A stretch of 64,000 bases of DNA from Spirochaetales bacterium (GTDB lineage Bacteria > Spirochaetota > Spirochaetia > JABEVK01), in the NCBI GenBank assembly GCA_037142615.1, contig JBAXAI010000001.1:64001-128000 (forward strand). The letters run 5' to 3'. The notes under the pieces are model-generated. The model made no database searches. It saw nothing but the letters and a program-made list of their open reading frames with translations, and was not told where the DNA came from. This document shows, piece by piece, positions 27,529-39,160 of this stretch (the stretch's first letter is position 1; each line of letters starts with the position of its first letter). The translations under genes were made by a program, and so were the position numbers.

Positions 27529-30084
27529 TTACAGCAGCTTGTTGAGCCGACGCCAGACACCGTTGACTTCCTTGAAGTCGGCTTTGTCGAGCGATTCGGC
27601 GGCATCGTCGGCCAAGGCTTCGAGGCTGGCGAGGCTGTCGGCCAGGGCCTCGGTGAAGTTCTTGTCGACCCGTACCCAGTATTGTCCTCGGTTGTCGGTG
27701 AGTAACCCCAAAAAGCCCAGAACGGTCGAACCCGGCTTGAGCGGTGCCACCTTCATCAGATCTTCGAGAACCGGAACCAACCCTTTCAACTTGTTCGACG
27801 TGGTGTAGGTCACGCCTTGCGGCCAGTGGACCAGCCTGTCGGCTCGTGGGTCCACCTTGCGGCAAATTTCCAGGATCTTGTTGGCCTTGGTTCCCGAAAG
27901 CAGCGTGCAGCCGTCAATGGCCAGTTCACCCTTCACATTCTTGAGTTCCGGATAGCTCGTCGCTTTCGAGGCGGCTAGAAGCCGTGCAAGCGCGTCCCAC
28001 TCAAAGATCACCACTTTGTTCTTGCCCTTTTCGATCTTGACCGGGAAGACTTCCCGCCCCAGGCGGACCTCCGCATTCGCGTTGGGGCTGCCCGAAGCTC
28101 GAAGGCCCTCGGTGGCACTGACATGGGCGGGTCGTGCCGAACTCTGGCCCCCTGGGCGCTGGCCCGGAGTGACACGCTGAACTCCCTCGCTGGAATACCC
28201 CTTTTCGGCTACCAGCAAGGCGCCCAGTAGTGTGGGGTGGATCCGATGAAGCCATTCCTTTTGTATTGGAGACACCGAGCGGGCGTACATTCGGCTGGTC
28301 TTGACCACCTCGCCTGCCACCAGGAAGGGCGGCGTTTCCTTGAACATCACCGAACCGGGGTGAATGCCAATCTTTTCGGCGGTCAAGCTTCGGTAGATGC
28401 CTCGGCCCGTGTGAATGCACACAAACTGGATCAGGCCCTTGGCGACGGCGCACAGGTAGTCGTCCATTTTGCCGCCGCCCGTGATCGGGATACCCAGCTT
28501 GCTGACGATTTCTTCGAGCTGACCCTGAATATTCACCAGTTCGAGCATGGTCTTGTGATCGAGGTAGGCGTTGGCACAGAAGCGCTCTTTGTTCAACGCG
28601 TTGCCGAATTGCTCGAAAATCCGCAGGTAGCTGACAAAGTCCCCCAGAGGGTCCCGAAACTGGTGATGGGCCCGTCTGGCCTCGATCTCTTCGCCTTGCG
28701 GAAGCAGAAAAGGGGAATCTGTCGAGAGGAAAGTTGCCGCGATTGTCACTTCGCGAAGCACTTCCGGGTAGCGCAAAATGGCCTCGACGATCATGCGGCT
28801 GTGTCGCGGCAGCAGCGGGAACTTCACCATCATCTTGCCGATGGCCGAAAGCGAGTGGTCGCTTTCCAGGGCCTCGAGCAGATTGAGCGCCTCGACCGCC
28901 CCGTGAATGCCCTGCTTCCCGGGCGGGGACAGAAAGTCAAAGCTCTCGAAATCGCGGATTCCCAGTTCGGCCATGCGGAGCACCACCTCGCTGAGGTCAG
29001 TCCGATAGATCTCTTCGAGCGTATACAGGGGCCTGGCGTCGAAATCTTCCTGCGAATACAGACGGTAGCAGGTGCCAGGTCCTGTGCGGCCGGCGCGCCC
29101 TTTGCGCTGCTGACCACCGGCACGGCTCACCGGGTTTTCGATCAGCGCAGAGGTGAAGGTCTTGGGGTTGTAGAAGTTCATCTTCGCCAAACCCGTGTCG
29201 ATCACGGTGGTGATACCCTCGATGGTGACTGAGGTTTCGGCGATGTTGGTCGACAAGACCACCTTGGTCTTCCCCTCCGGAGTCGGCAAGAAAACGCGCT
29301 CCTGCTCCTCACCCGAAAGCCGACCGTAGAGCGGAATCACCCACAGTTTGCGTGCCCACGGCCGCGCCGCCAGCATGCCTGTGGCTTCCTTGATCATCTT
29401 TTCGCCTGGAAGAAAAACGAGAACGTCGCCGGGGAGACCCTTTTCGACCACTCTGCCGACGAGGTCCCCGATCTTGAGCACAATAGCCTCTTCGTCGCCA
29501 ACCACGGACGGCGGTTCGTGAAGGATCTCGACAGCGAAGGTTTGGGTCTCGATATGAATGATCGGTGCGCCGTCGAAGTAGTCCGCAAAGGCCTGACCAT
29601 TGATGGTGGCTGAACTGATGATGACTTTGAAATCCTTGCGGACTTTGAGAATGTTCTTCAGCAAACCCAGGATGAAATCGATGTTGAGGCTCCGCTCATG
29701 CGCCTCGTCGACCATCAGAACTGAATACCCCAGCAACATGGGGTCAGCCTTCATTTCCTGGAGCAAGGTACCATCCGTCATGATCTTCATGCGGGTTTCG
29801 AAGGTCGTCTTGTCCTCAAAACGCATTTTGTAGCCGACCAACCCGGGAATCTTGGTCCCCAATTGTCGGGCGATGTAGTCGCTGACGCTGACGGCGGCAA
29901 TGCGGCGAGGCTGGGTGACACCGATTACGCCCCGGTTCGCGTAGCCGGCCTCGTGGAGAATCAGCGGGAGCTGGGTTGTCTTACCCGAACCAGTGGGACT
30001 TTCGATCACCACAACCGGATGGTCGGCCAGAACAGAAAGGATGCGTTCTTTTTCTCGGTAGACGGGAAGTTGGTGGGGATCCAT
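27529..30084 (-). CDS. hrpA: ATP-dependent DEAH-box RNA helicase, HrpA-like
   Basis: TGSGKTTQ, TQPRR, DEAHERS, SAT, STNIAETS, QRKGRAGR. Confidence 0.92.
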   Translation of the reverse strand: MDPHQLPVYREKERILSVLADHPVVVIESPTGSGKTTQLPLILHEAGYANRGVIGVTQPRRIAAVSVSDYIARQLGTKIPGLVGYKMRFEDKTTFETRMKIMTDGTLLQEMKADPMLLGYSVLMVDEAHERSLNIDFILGLLKNILKVRKDFKVIISSATINGQAFADYFDGAPIIHIETQTFAVEILHEPPSVVGDEEAIVLKIGDLVGRVVEKGLPGDVLVFLPGEKMIKEATGMLAARPWARKLWVIPLYGRLSGEEQERVFLPTPEGKTKVVLSTNIAETSVTIEGITTVIDTGLAKMNFYNPKTFTSALIENPVSRAGGQQRKGRAGRTGPGTCYRLYSQEDFDARPLYTLEEIYRTDLSEVVLRMAELGIRDFESFDFLSPPGKQGIHGAVEALNLLEALESDHSLSAIGKMMVKFPLLPRHSRMIVEAILRYPEVLREVTIAATFLSTDSPFLLPQGEEIEARRAHHQFRDPLGDFVSYLRIFEQFGNALNKERFCANAYLDHKTMLELVNIQGQLEEIVSKLGIPITGGGKMDDYLCAVAKGLIQFVCIHTGRGIYRSLTAEKIGIHPGSVMFKETPPFLVAGEVVKTSRMYARSVSPIQKEWLHRIHPTLLGALLVAEKGYSSEGVQRVTPGQRPGGQSSARPAHVSATEGLRASGSPNANAEVRLGREVFPVKIEKGKNKVVIFEWDALARLLAASKATSYPELKNVKGELAIDGCTLLSGTKANKILEICRKVDPRADRLVHWPQGVTYTTSNKLKGLVPVLEDLMKVAPLKPGSTVLGFLGLLTDNRGQYWVRVDKNFTEALADSLASLEALADDAAESLDKADFKEVNGVWRRLNKLL

Positions 30085-30102
30085 GGCGCCAGTATGGCCG
30101 AA

Positions 30103-30813
30103 TCAGCGGTGTTTGACCAGAACAGGGGACCACGGGGTCCAACTCTGATTCGTGGGATTGAACAGAAAACTCCAGTCGTCTTCCAAAGGGAAGGCAGCCT
30201 TGACCGGAGAGGCCGTATCACGGAGAACCAGAAGGGCTCCCAACGGTCCGTCTTCTTTCCAAAGCCGTGTTCCCGCATCGTTGGTTTCGGTCCAATAGGG
30301 ACCCGAGTCGACCCGAACAAACTTGCGCTGTGCCTGCGGGGTATCCAGCTCAGGAAGGTCATATTCGACAATATTCAGCGAGTAGGGCTCGTCCAGTTGC
30401 AGGCCGGCCGCTACCGCAGCGTGGGAAAACTCCAGTGAGGGCGGAACCTCGGACCAGCTCGCCACAAGCGCGCTGTCGCCTGAGCGCACCAGCGCCAGCA
30501 CGCTTGCCTTTCCAGAACCCGGAATCGGCGGCAGGTTGGCAGGCCAATCGGCTTCCCAACTGCGAAGACGCAGTGGAACGATCTGCCCGGCCAGCTTCGT
30601 GGTCCAGGAAGGCCATTGAGAAAACATCCGGTCCAACTCCTGAGCAAACGCGGGAGCAGCCGAGCCGGCTACCCACCAAACCAGAAGAGGCTTACCCGTG
30701 ACTTCGGCCGACTTCAAGGCCTCGCTCGGAGCTAGACTCCAGTCGATAGATTGACCGTACAGGGATGCCGCCAGCCAGAAAAGCGCGACGCTCGTGCCGA
30801 GGCGACCTTTCAC
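30103..30813 (-). CDS. Exported hypothetical protein with thioredoxin-like N-terminus lacking CxxC
   Basis: Signal peptide; W...EALKSAEVTGKPLLVWW pattern. Confidence 0.55.
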   Translation of the reverse strand: MKGRLGTSVALFWLAASLYGQSIDWSLAPSEALKSAEVTGKPLLVWWVAGSAAPAFAQELDRMFSQWPSWTTKLAGQIVPLRLRSWEADWPANLPPIPGSGKASVLALVRSGDSALVASWSEVPPSLEFSHAAVAAGLQLDEPYSLNIVEYDLPELDTPQAQRKFVRVDSGPYWTETNDAGTRLWKEDGPLGALLVLRDTASPVKAAFPLEDDWSFLFNPTNQSWTPWSPVLVKHR

Positions 30814-30814
30814 G

Positions 30815-31186
30815 TCACTTCAGGAGCGCAAGGATGTTCGAAACAAGCGTGTCGGGAATGATGGGCTTGGTCCAGTAGGCATTGACGCCCGCAGCGGTTG
30901 CGCGGTTCTTGGTGTCGGCGTCACTGAGCGCAGACAGGGCCGCGATCTTGACCCGACTATGGCGAGCATCCCCGCGAATCCGTTTAGCCAACTCGATCCC
31001 GTCCATGCCGGGCATCATGATGTCAAGCACCACGGCCTCAGGTTTGAAGGTCTTGAGGAGGTTCAGGGCTTCGTCACCCGAATGGGCTGTCTGCAGCTCC
31101 CAATCGAGATTCTTTGACTTGAGGATGAGCTTCAGCATCATGTTCAGGTTCTTGTCATCTTCGACGATCAGGATTTTGATTCCCAC
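30815..31186 (-). CDS. Stand-alone response regulator receiver (CheY-like)
   Basis: ILIVEDD, LDIMMPGMDG, TKP. GTG at 31186 with AGGAG SD. Confidence 0.92.
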   Translation of the reverse strand: MGIKILIVEDDKNLNMMLKLILKSKNLDWELQTAHSGDEALNLLKTFKPEAVVLDIMMPGMDGIELAKRIRGDARHSRVKIAALSALSDADTKNRATAAGVNAYWTKPIIPDTLVSNILALLK

Positions 31187-31266
31187 AGTTGAACTCCTAT
31201 TATATCCAACTCCAATTTGGTGGGTGACCGCCAACTTGTCAAGCAACATTCCCCTGCTGCCGCCAC

Positions 31267-31295
31267 TTGACAGGCACAAGGACCGGGCTTAAGGT
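31267..31295 (+). promoter_or_regulatory. sigma70 promoter of the leuA leader
   Basis: TTGACA-17-TAAGGT, 5 nt before ATG 31301. Confidence 0.75.
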
Positions 31296-31300
31296 GGCTC

Positions 31301-31366
31301 ATGATCTCGATGATGCCTACCTCGCGCAATGTCAACCTCCTTCTTCTCCTTTTTTGTCCTCGTTGA
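31301..31366 (+). CDS. leu leader peptide MISMMPTSRNVNLLLLLFCPR
   Basis: Five tandem Leu codons (CTC CTT CTT CTC CTT) upstream of leuA, followed by a terminator. Confidence 0.85.
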   Translation: MISMMPTSRNVNLLLLLFCPR

Positions 31367-31391
31367 CGGAAGAAAATGTACCTTTGCGAAG

Positions 31392-31425
31392 GCCGTTCTT
31401 CCCCCCGAAGAGCGGCTTTTTTTTT
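31392..31425 (+). terminator. Attenuator terminator of the leuA leader
   Basis: GCCGTTCTTC-ccccc-GAAGAGCGGC stem (one G-U pair) followed by T9. Confidence 0.88.
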
Positions 31426-31579
31426 GGCTTCGGGGATCGTTTTTGCGCTGCAAAGGAGAGATTGGATGACAACGTGTTCGCGGCCGACGTTCTTTGCTTC
31501 TCTGTGTTTGCTCAAGCTTTGGCGGCGGGGTTGAGCCCCGCGAACGGCACCCCACGACGAACTTGTAAGGAGAACAACC

Positions 31580-33241
31580 ATGCTGAAACAACCCAACACG
31601 AAATACCAAGCCTTTAGCCCCATCGGCCTGAAAGACCGCACCTGGCCCGACAAGACGATCACGACACCGCCTGTCTGGTGCAGTTCCGACCTGCGTGACG
31701 GCAATCAGGCGCTGATCGAGCCCATGGACCCGGTCCGCAAGAAGAATCTTTTTCAGGTGCTGACCACGATCGGTTTTCAAGAAATCGAAGTGGCCTTCCC
31801 TTCGGCGAGTCAAACCGACTTCCAGTTTGTCCGTGACCTGATTGAAGACAAGCTCATTCCCGAGGGCGTATGGATTCAGGTCCTCGTCCAGGCCCGTGAA
31901 GATCTGATTGTGCGTACTTTTGAAGCGGTCAAAGGCGCCAAGAACGTCATTGTCCACTTCTACAACGCGACAAGTCCGTTGTTCCGAAACGTCGTTTTCG
32001 GAAACGACAAGGCGGCCACGGTTGCTTTGGCCGTCAAGGCGGCAACGGTGGTGCGCGACCTGGCAGCCAAAGCCCCAGAAACAAACTGGCGCTTCGAGTA
32101 CTCCCCGGAAACCTTCAGCGCCACCGAGCTCGACTTTTCGCTCGAAATCTGCAACGCGGTGCTCGATGTCTGGAACCCAACGCCGCAGCACAAGGCGATT
32201 CTCAACCTGCCGGCCACCGTCGAGGTCGCCACGCCCAACATCTACGCAGACCAAATCGAGTGGTTTGGCAGGAACCTGAAGCGGCGCGACAGCGTGCTCC
32301 TCAGCCTGCACTGCCATAACGACCGCGGCGCGGCGGTCGCCGCCACGGAACTGGGCCTGATGGCCGGCGCCGACCGCGTCGAAGGGTGCCTGTTTGGCAA
32401 TGGCGAGCGTACCGGAAATGTCGACCTCATCACGCTCGCGCTGAACCTGTACACGCAGGGAATCGACCCCGGGCTGCGCTTTGCCGACATCGACGAAATC
32501 CGCCGGTTCTACGAGGAAAGCACACAAATGCCGGTGCATCCGCGGCATCCTTACGCCGGAGATCTCGTGTTCACGGCCTTTAGCGGTAGCCACCAGGACG
32601 CCATCAAAAAGGGCTTCTCAGCGCAGAAGACCACGGCGTTGTGGAACGTGCCTTACCTTCCTTTGGACCCGAAGGACCTCGGCCGCAGCTACGACGCTGT
32701 CATCCGCGTCAACAGCCAGAGCGGGAAGGGTGGCATCAGCTACCTGCTCGAAAAGGAATACGGGCTCGTGTTGCCCCGCCGTCTTTCGATTGAGTTCAGC
32801 AAGGTAGTACAACAGCACACCGATACCACGGGCAAGGAAGTCACCGCCGCTCACCTCCACGAAATCTTCACCAAGGAATACTTCGAGGTCAGCAGTCCCT
32901 ATGCGTACAAGAGCCACCACCTGAGCGACGATCCGGTGGGCAAGAACGCCGTACGGTTCACGTTGGAAGCCGATGTCGACGGGGTGTTCCATACCTTTCA
33001 CGGGGTTGGCGAAGGACCCATCGAGGCGGTGGTCAAATCGCTCCCCGACGAAGTCAAGCTGATGGACTACAGCGAGTATTCGCTCGGAGGCAAGGGAGCC
33101 GCCAGTCAGGCGGTGGCCTTTATCGAGCTCAGGATTGGCGAGAGCGGACCGGTGGTTTGGGGCGTTGGAGTGGACCGCAATACTGTGACGGCCTCGATCA
33201 GGGCACTGCTCAGCGGGGTGAACCGAGCGCGAAGCCTCTAG
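31580..33241 (+). CDS. leuA: 2-isopropylmalate synthase (yeast-type LeuA)
   Basis: [55 protein letters not shown]. Confidence 0.97.
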   Translation: MLKQPNTKYQAFSPIGLKDRTWPDKTITTPPVWCSSDLRDGNQALIEPMDPVRKKNLFQVLTTIGFQEIEVAFPSASQTDFQFVRDLIEDKLIPEGVWIQVLVQAREDLIVRTFEAVKGAKNVIVHFYNATSPLFRNVVFGNDKAATVALAVKAATVVRDLAAKAPETNWRFEYSPETFSATELDFSLEICNAVLDVWNPTPQHKAILNLPATVEVATPNIYADQIEWFGRNLKRRDSVLLSLHCHNDRGAAVAATELGLMAGADRVEGCLFGNGERTGNVDLITLALNLYTQGIDPGLRFADIDEIRRFYEESTQMPVHPRHPYAGDLVFTAFSGSHQDAIKKGFSAQKTTALWNVPYLPLDPKDLGRSYDAVIRVNSQSGKGGISYLLEKEYGLVLPRRLSIEFSKVVQQHTDTTGKEVTAAHLHEIFTKEYFEVSSPYAYKSHHLSDDPVGKNAVRFTLEADVDGVFHTFHGVGEGPIEAVVKSLPDEVKLMDYSEYSLGGKGAASQAVAFIELRIGESGPVVWGVGVDRNTVTASIRALLSGVNRARSL

Positions 33242-33699
33242 CTTGGGCGAGGTCGGCCGATCAGGCCGGTCAGGAAGTTCCGCAGAAGCTGGTCACCACA
33301 GACTTTGAAGTTGGTGGTGCCCGGCTTACGGAACAGGGCCGACAACTCGTTCTTTGAGACCGGCATCCCGGCCTTGGCCAAGACGGCCAGGCAGTCTTCC
33401 TCCTGCAATGAGAGCGCGATGCGGAGCTTTTTGAGCACCAAGTTGTTATTGATGCGGGTCACCGGAGCGGGCGCCGAGCCTTCGCGCAGACCACGGTACT
33501 CCAGAATCAGTCCGTCCAGAAACGCGTTGAGCGCCAGCCCCGGGCAGGCCACGAAGCCGGGGTCTTCGTCCTTGAGGAACCACGGTTCCAGCTCGGCCTG
33601 GGTAACCGTTTGTCCGCCTGCTGCCATCAGCGGAAGCACGCGGACATCGGGAATATTCAAAGCGAACCGGATACGCCTCAGGATATCGTTGTTGGTCAA
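33238..33699 (-). CDS. DUF1456 (YehS) family protein
   Basis: [50 protein letters not shown] start overlaps the rarD stop. Confidence 0.9.
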   Translation of the reverse strand: MTNNDILRRIRFALNIPDVRVLPLMAAGGQTVTQAELEPWFLKDEDPGFVACPGLALNAFLDGLILEYRGLREGSAPAPVTRINNNLVLKKLRIALSLQEEDCLAVLAKAGMPVSKNELSALFRKPGTTNFKVCGDQLLRNFLTGLIGRPRPS

Positions 33700-34573
33700 G
33701 GTTTTACCGCCTTCCGTTTGCGCCACTCGCCGACGCTGAAAAGTACCAGAGCGCACCAGATGAGCGCGAACGCCACTGCCTTGTTGGCGTCGAAATGTTC
33801 CTGAAACACAAAGACTCCGATCACGAGGTTGAGCGTTGGGCTCACGTATTGCAGGAAGCCGATCTGGGCCAAAGTGATCTTGCGTGCCGCGCTGCCGAAC
33901 AGCCAGAGGGGAAGCACGGTGACGGGACCGGCGATGACGAGCAGCGCGATTTGCCAGGCTTCCGGCTGGGCGTTCCCCCAGAAGCCGGCCGCAGGAAGCA
34001 GGAAGATGAGCACCAGCGGTGACGAAAACAGGGTTTCCAGCTGAAGACTGACGAGGGAAGGTACGGGCGCCTGCTTCTTGAGCAGACCGTAGAAGCCGAA
34101 GCTGAAAGCCAGTCCCAGGGCGATCCACGGCACATGGCCAATGCCCCAACCCATTACCAGCACGCCGGCGGCGGCGAGGGCAAAGGCCGCCGTCTGCCAG
34201 CCCGAAAGCTTCTCGCGCAGAAAAACGATGCCCAGGACAACGCTGACAAGCGGGTTGATAAAATACCCCAAGGCCGACTCGACCAGAAAACCATGGCCGA
34301 CGGCCCAGATGTAGAGCCACCAGTTGACGCTGATCAGGGCTGCGGCTCCAACCATGGCGACCAGCTTGCGTGGACTCTTGAACACTGAAAGGGACTCTTT
34401 TTCCTGCCTGAGCGCCAGAACCAAGCCAGCCGTCAAAACCAGCGCCCACAAGATCCGGTGCGCCAGGATGACCTCAGCTGAAAAGGCCGACAGCGCCTTC
34501 CAATACAGCGGCAAGAGTCCCCACAGGACGTAGGCAAAGAACCCTTGCAGCAGACCGAGACGTTTGAGAGGCA

Positions 34574-34574
<1 letters not shown>
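33696..34574 (-). CDS. rarD: EamA-family transporter RarD
   Basis: YVLWGLLPLYW, HRILW, NWWLYIWAV, LGYFINPL, GFLQYVSP. Confidence 0.92.
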
Positions 34575-35893
<1,319 letters not shown>

Positions 35894-35909
35894 CAGGGCC
35901 GAGAATCTA

Positions 35910-38624
35910 CTACTTTTCTGTCAGATTGAATACCCCGTCCCAGGTTGCAACCGGAGGCTTGGCGAGGAACTCCTGGCTCCGCTTGGAATAGAGTTTCGAA
36001 GGACCATCTTCGGGAAAACGGGTCTCGAGAGCCGTAAAGATGGCCGCCGCCGCCTTCCAGTCGCGCGCTTCGAAGGCGTCCATCCCTTTGTGGAACTGCT
36101 CGACCAATTCAAAGGTTTCCGGCGGGAGTTCGGAGCGCACGCCAAGAAGGTTCTGCAACAGCACCGGAGTGTTGATTCCGACCACGCGGACACTGTCGAG
36201 GCGCCGGAACAGGAACCTGTCGCCTGTGTCGTTGGCCGTGTACTCGGTGGTCAGGATCCACGTGCCGTACTGCTTGTTGACCCCCTCGAGCCTGGCCGAA
36301 AGGTTAACCGCGTTGCCCATGATGGTGTAGTTCATCTTGGCTGTGGTGCCCATGTTTCCCACGACCATCTGCCCGGAATTGATGCCGATCCGGGTCATCA
36401 GGGGCGTCGGCGACATTTTGGCCTCAAGGAAGTGCACATTGAGTTTCTCTTCAAGCTGACGCATCCGCAAGGCCGACAGGCAGGCGCGCGAAGCGTGGTC
36501 AGGGATGTCGAGCGGTGCCCCAAAAAAGGCGATGATGGCGTCTCCCTCGAACTTGTCGATGGTTCCCTTTTCGGCCAGCACGATATCACTCATGCCCGAA
36601 AGGTACTCGTTGAGCAGCGCGACCAACTCGCTGGCGGTGAGTTTCTCGCTGATGGTCGAAAACCCCTTGACGTCGGTAAACATGGCTGTCATCCACTTTT
36701 CCGTTCCGCCCAGCTTGAGCTTGCCGGGATCGAGAACGATCTCGTCGATGACGTCGGGTGACAGGTAGGTTGAAAAGGCACTCTTGAGGAACGCTTTTTC
36801 CTGTTCGGTCCCAAAGAACCTCACCAGCGAGTACGCGACAAACGACAGGAACATCGCCAGCAGCGGGCCCGATAGCGGGACGAAGACGCCGGTGAGCAGG
36901 AAGATCACAATGCCGACCGCGAGCAACCCGAGAACGATGCCAAAGCCCAGTAAGTTCTGCTGGAGCGGCTTCAAGTTGCGCAGTACAAAGATCAGCCCAA
37001 AAGCGAACGGCGCGACCAGAAGCAGGCTGAACCAGCCCGGCGTCTCCGAAAGGAACTGGCGCTGAAGAATCGTGTTGGCGAGCGACGAGTGCGTACCGAC
37101 GTTGACGTATTGCGCGTGGAAGGGATTGACGCCTATGTCGGAAGTTCCGGTTCCCGTGTAGCCGATGATGGCCATCTTTCCGCCCAAACGGTCGGCCAGC
37201 GCGGAAAACAAGGACTCGTAGTTGACTGTCTCGGCAGCCAGTAGTTCGAAGATCTCCTTGGACTGTGTCTTTTCCAGGGTCCAGAGGTCACGGTCTGCCC
37301 CTTTGGCCACGGATATCTGCTGGTCGGCCGTCTCCATGAGCATTGTCAACGTTGTCGGGGCAAGAAAGTCTGCCAGGTTCTGGCGCCAAGCCTTTTTCGC
37401 GTCGAGCCAGGCCTGCACGTCTTCCGCTTTGCCGGATTCCAGCGCGGCGTTCTTCAGGGGCAGTAGGGCCTCGTGGGCCACCAGCAGGTCCTGACTGACG
37501 TTGCCACTGTCGGTGGCCTTCCAGATGTCGCGCTGAGAAAGATCGAACAAACGCTGCACCACGAGATCCTCGTTCTGGTTGAGGTCGACCAACTTCGAAA
37601 AAGAAACGTGGGCAAAGGCTGCGTCGAACGTGGCGGGGCTCCAGTTGATGAGCATCATGCCGTCTTCGTCGAGGGGAATATCAACGTTCTGCACGGTCCC
37701 GTCGGGGTAATGCGCTCCCTCCAGCCTCAGGTTGTTCGGGCTCAGGATGAGCTTGGGGCGACCCAGGAGATCGATCAAGGGCGCGAAGACCAGCTGGGGA
37801 TACCAGACTCCGCCGATGTTCTCGAGCAGACGGATCCGACGGCGCTTGCCATCATTGTCGATCTGCACGTTGGTGATCCCGGCTCCCTTGGCCCGGGTTA
37901 CAAGTTCGGTCAGCGGAATCTTAACGTCGACGTACTTGGGCAGACGACCTTCCGAACCTTCAACCTGGACCGGAAAGCGCTCGCGTGCGCCTTTGAGCAG
38001 CGCGCTGTCGGCTTCGTTGGTAGGTTTTTCCAGCCGGTTGAGCGTGATGAAGGTGTTCTGCAGAAAACCCATGGCCTGACCGAGGTAAAGGTCGTTGTTG
38101 CGGGCAACCTTGGTAGCGGACTGGTAAAGGTCTTTTTCCGCGCTGTCGGCTTGCGTCAGCAACTCGTTCACGTACGGTGCAGCTTCCTTGAGCGTCATCT
38201 GCCGGTTTTGCAGGGCGGTGAACAGGTCAGCGAAGTTGCCCCCCAGCTCGCCGATCCCCCGGTGGAAGGCAACGGGCAGATCATTCTGCATGTAGTGGAG
38301 GTCGATCCCGGGCGGGGAGTGCTCGAGATACTCAATATCGAAGACAGCCGACCCGAGACCCAGTTCACGCATCGTCACCAGACCGTCAGCCATGATGTTT
38401 CTTGGCCAGGGCCACTGTCCCAACTTGGTGATCGCCGCGTCATCGACGTCCAGCAACAGGATTCGCGGCGACTCTGCCAGGGCGGGTTTGATATGCAGAT
38501 AAACATCGTAAAGATTGCTATCAATGCTCCGAACCACAGAAAATAGCCCCAGCGCGATGATCACGACACTGACAATTCCGGGAACAATCAGGGCTGGAGA
38601 AACCTTTTTTGGAGATGTTGCCAT
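35910..38624 (-). CDS. CHASE2-domain class III adenylate cyclase
   Basis: LGQWPWPR CHASE2 motif, three TM segments, MFTDVKGFSTISE, DKFEGDA, GNMG, NYTIMGNAVNLSARLEG. Confidence 0.93.
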   Translation of the reverse strand: MATSPKKVSPALIVPGIVSVVIIALGLFSVVRSIDSNLYDVYLHIKPALAESPRILLLDVDDAAITKLGQWPWPRNIMADGLVTMRELGLGSAVFDIEYLEHSPPGIDLHYMQNDLPVAFHRGIGELGGNFADLFTALQNRQMTLKEAAPYVNELLTQADSAEKDLYQSATKVARNNDLYLGQAMGFLQNTFITLNRLEKPTNEADSALLKGARERFPVQVEGSEGRLPKYVDVKIPLTELVTRAKGAGITNVQIDNDGKRRRIRLLENIGGVWYPQLVFAPLIDLLGRPKLILSPNNLRLEGAHYPDGTVQNVDIPLDEDGMMLINWSPATFDAAFAHVSFSKLVDLNQNEDLVVQRLFDLSQRDIWKATDSGNVSQDLLVAHEALLPLKNAALESGKAEDVQAWLDAKKAWRQNLADFLAPTTLTMLMETADQQISVAKGADRDLWTLEKTQSKEIFELLAAETVNYESLFSALADRLGGKMAIIGYTGTGTSDIGVNPFHAQYVNVGTHSSLANTILQRQFLSETPGWFSLLLVAPFAFGLIFVLRNLKPLQQNLLGFGIVLGLLAVGIVIFLLTGVFVPLSGPLLAMFLSFVAYSLVRFFGTEQEKAFLKSAFSTYLSPDVIDEIVLDPGKLKLGGTEKWMTAMFTDVKGFSTISEKLTASELVALLNEYLSGMSDIVLAEKGTIDKFEGDAIIAFFGAPLDIPDHASRACLSALRMRQLEEKLNVHFLEAKMSPTPLMTRIGINSGQMVVGNMGTTAKMNYTIMGNAVNLSARLEGVNKQYGTWILTTEYTANDTGDRFLFRRLDSVRVVGINTPVLLQNLLGVRSELPPETFELVEQFHKGMDAFEARDWKAAAAIFTALETRFPEDGPSKLYSKRSQEFLAKPPVATWDGVFNLTEK

Positions 38625-38642
38625 GAAATCCTCACCTTCACT

Positions 38643-38691
38643 TTGAATCGTCAACAATAACGAGTATAATTCCAGTGCATAGGAATGACAG
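38643..38691. promoter_or_regulatory. Overlapping divergent sigma70 promoters (cyclase / FecR operon)
   Basis: Plus: TTGAAT-16-TATAAT(38665-70). Minus: CTGTCA-17-TATACT(38663-68). The -10 boxes overlap. Confidence 0.6.
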
Positions 38692-38701
38692 GAACAACTT
38701 T

Positions 38702-39160
38702 ATGAAAAGACTGTATGTGTGTGCCCTTTTGATGGCAGGGCTCGTGCCACTTTGGGCACAATCGGCGGCGGTGCTCGACGACATCGTGGCGAGTTCCGGT
38801 GTTTCGTGGGCTCAGGCCTCCTACCTCGTGCTGGTGGCTTCCGGGCAGGTTGACGAGTCAGCCACGCCGGAACAGACCTTCGAGGTTCTCAGCCAGATGG
38901 GCTGGGCCCCTTGGTTCACCCCCTCCACGGCCCCACTGACCGAGGCCGATCTCACCTGGTTGCTCGCCCGGGCCTACAAGCTCAAGGGCGGCCTGTGGTT
39001 CAGTCTGATGCCTGGACCGCGCTACGCCTTCCGTGAGTTCCAATTCCGTGGTTGGGTGGGCTCGGGCCGTGACCCAGGTGCCTTGGTCGCCGGAAACGAA
39101 GCCATCCGAGTTCTGGGCAAGGTCATCGACGCGACGGCCCCCGCAGGAGTCAAACCATGA
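38702..39160 (+). CDS. Exported protein with three SLH-like helical repeats
   Basis: Signal peptide; VSWAQASYLV / LTEADLTWLLARA / VAGNEAIRVLGK segments. Confidence 0.6.
   Translation: MKRLYVCALLMAGLVPLWAQSAAVLDDIVASSGVSWAQASYLVLVASGQVDESATPEQTFEVLSQMGWAPWFTPSTAPLTEADLTWLLARAYKLKGGLWFSLMPGPRYAFREFQFRGWVGSGRDPGALVAGNEAIRVLGKVIDATAPAGVKP

Noticed and set aside
33238-34449. 403-aa ORF-track protein
   Set aside because: Only the last 153 aa (DUF1456, TTG at 33699) are real; the rest is an alternative frame over rarD.
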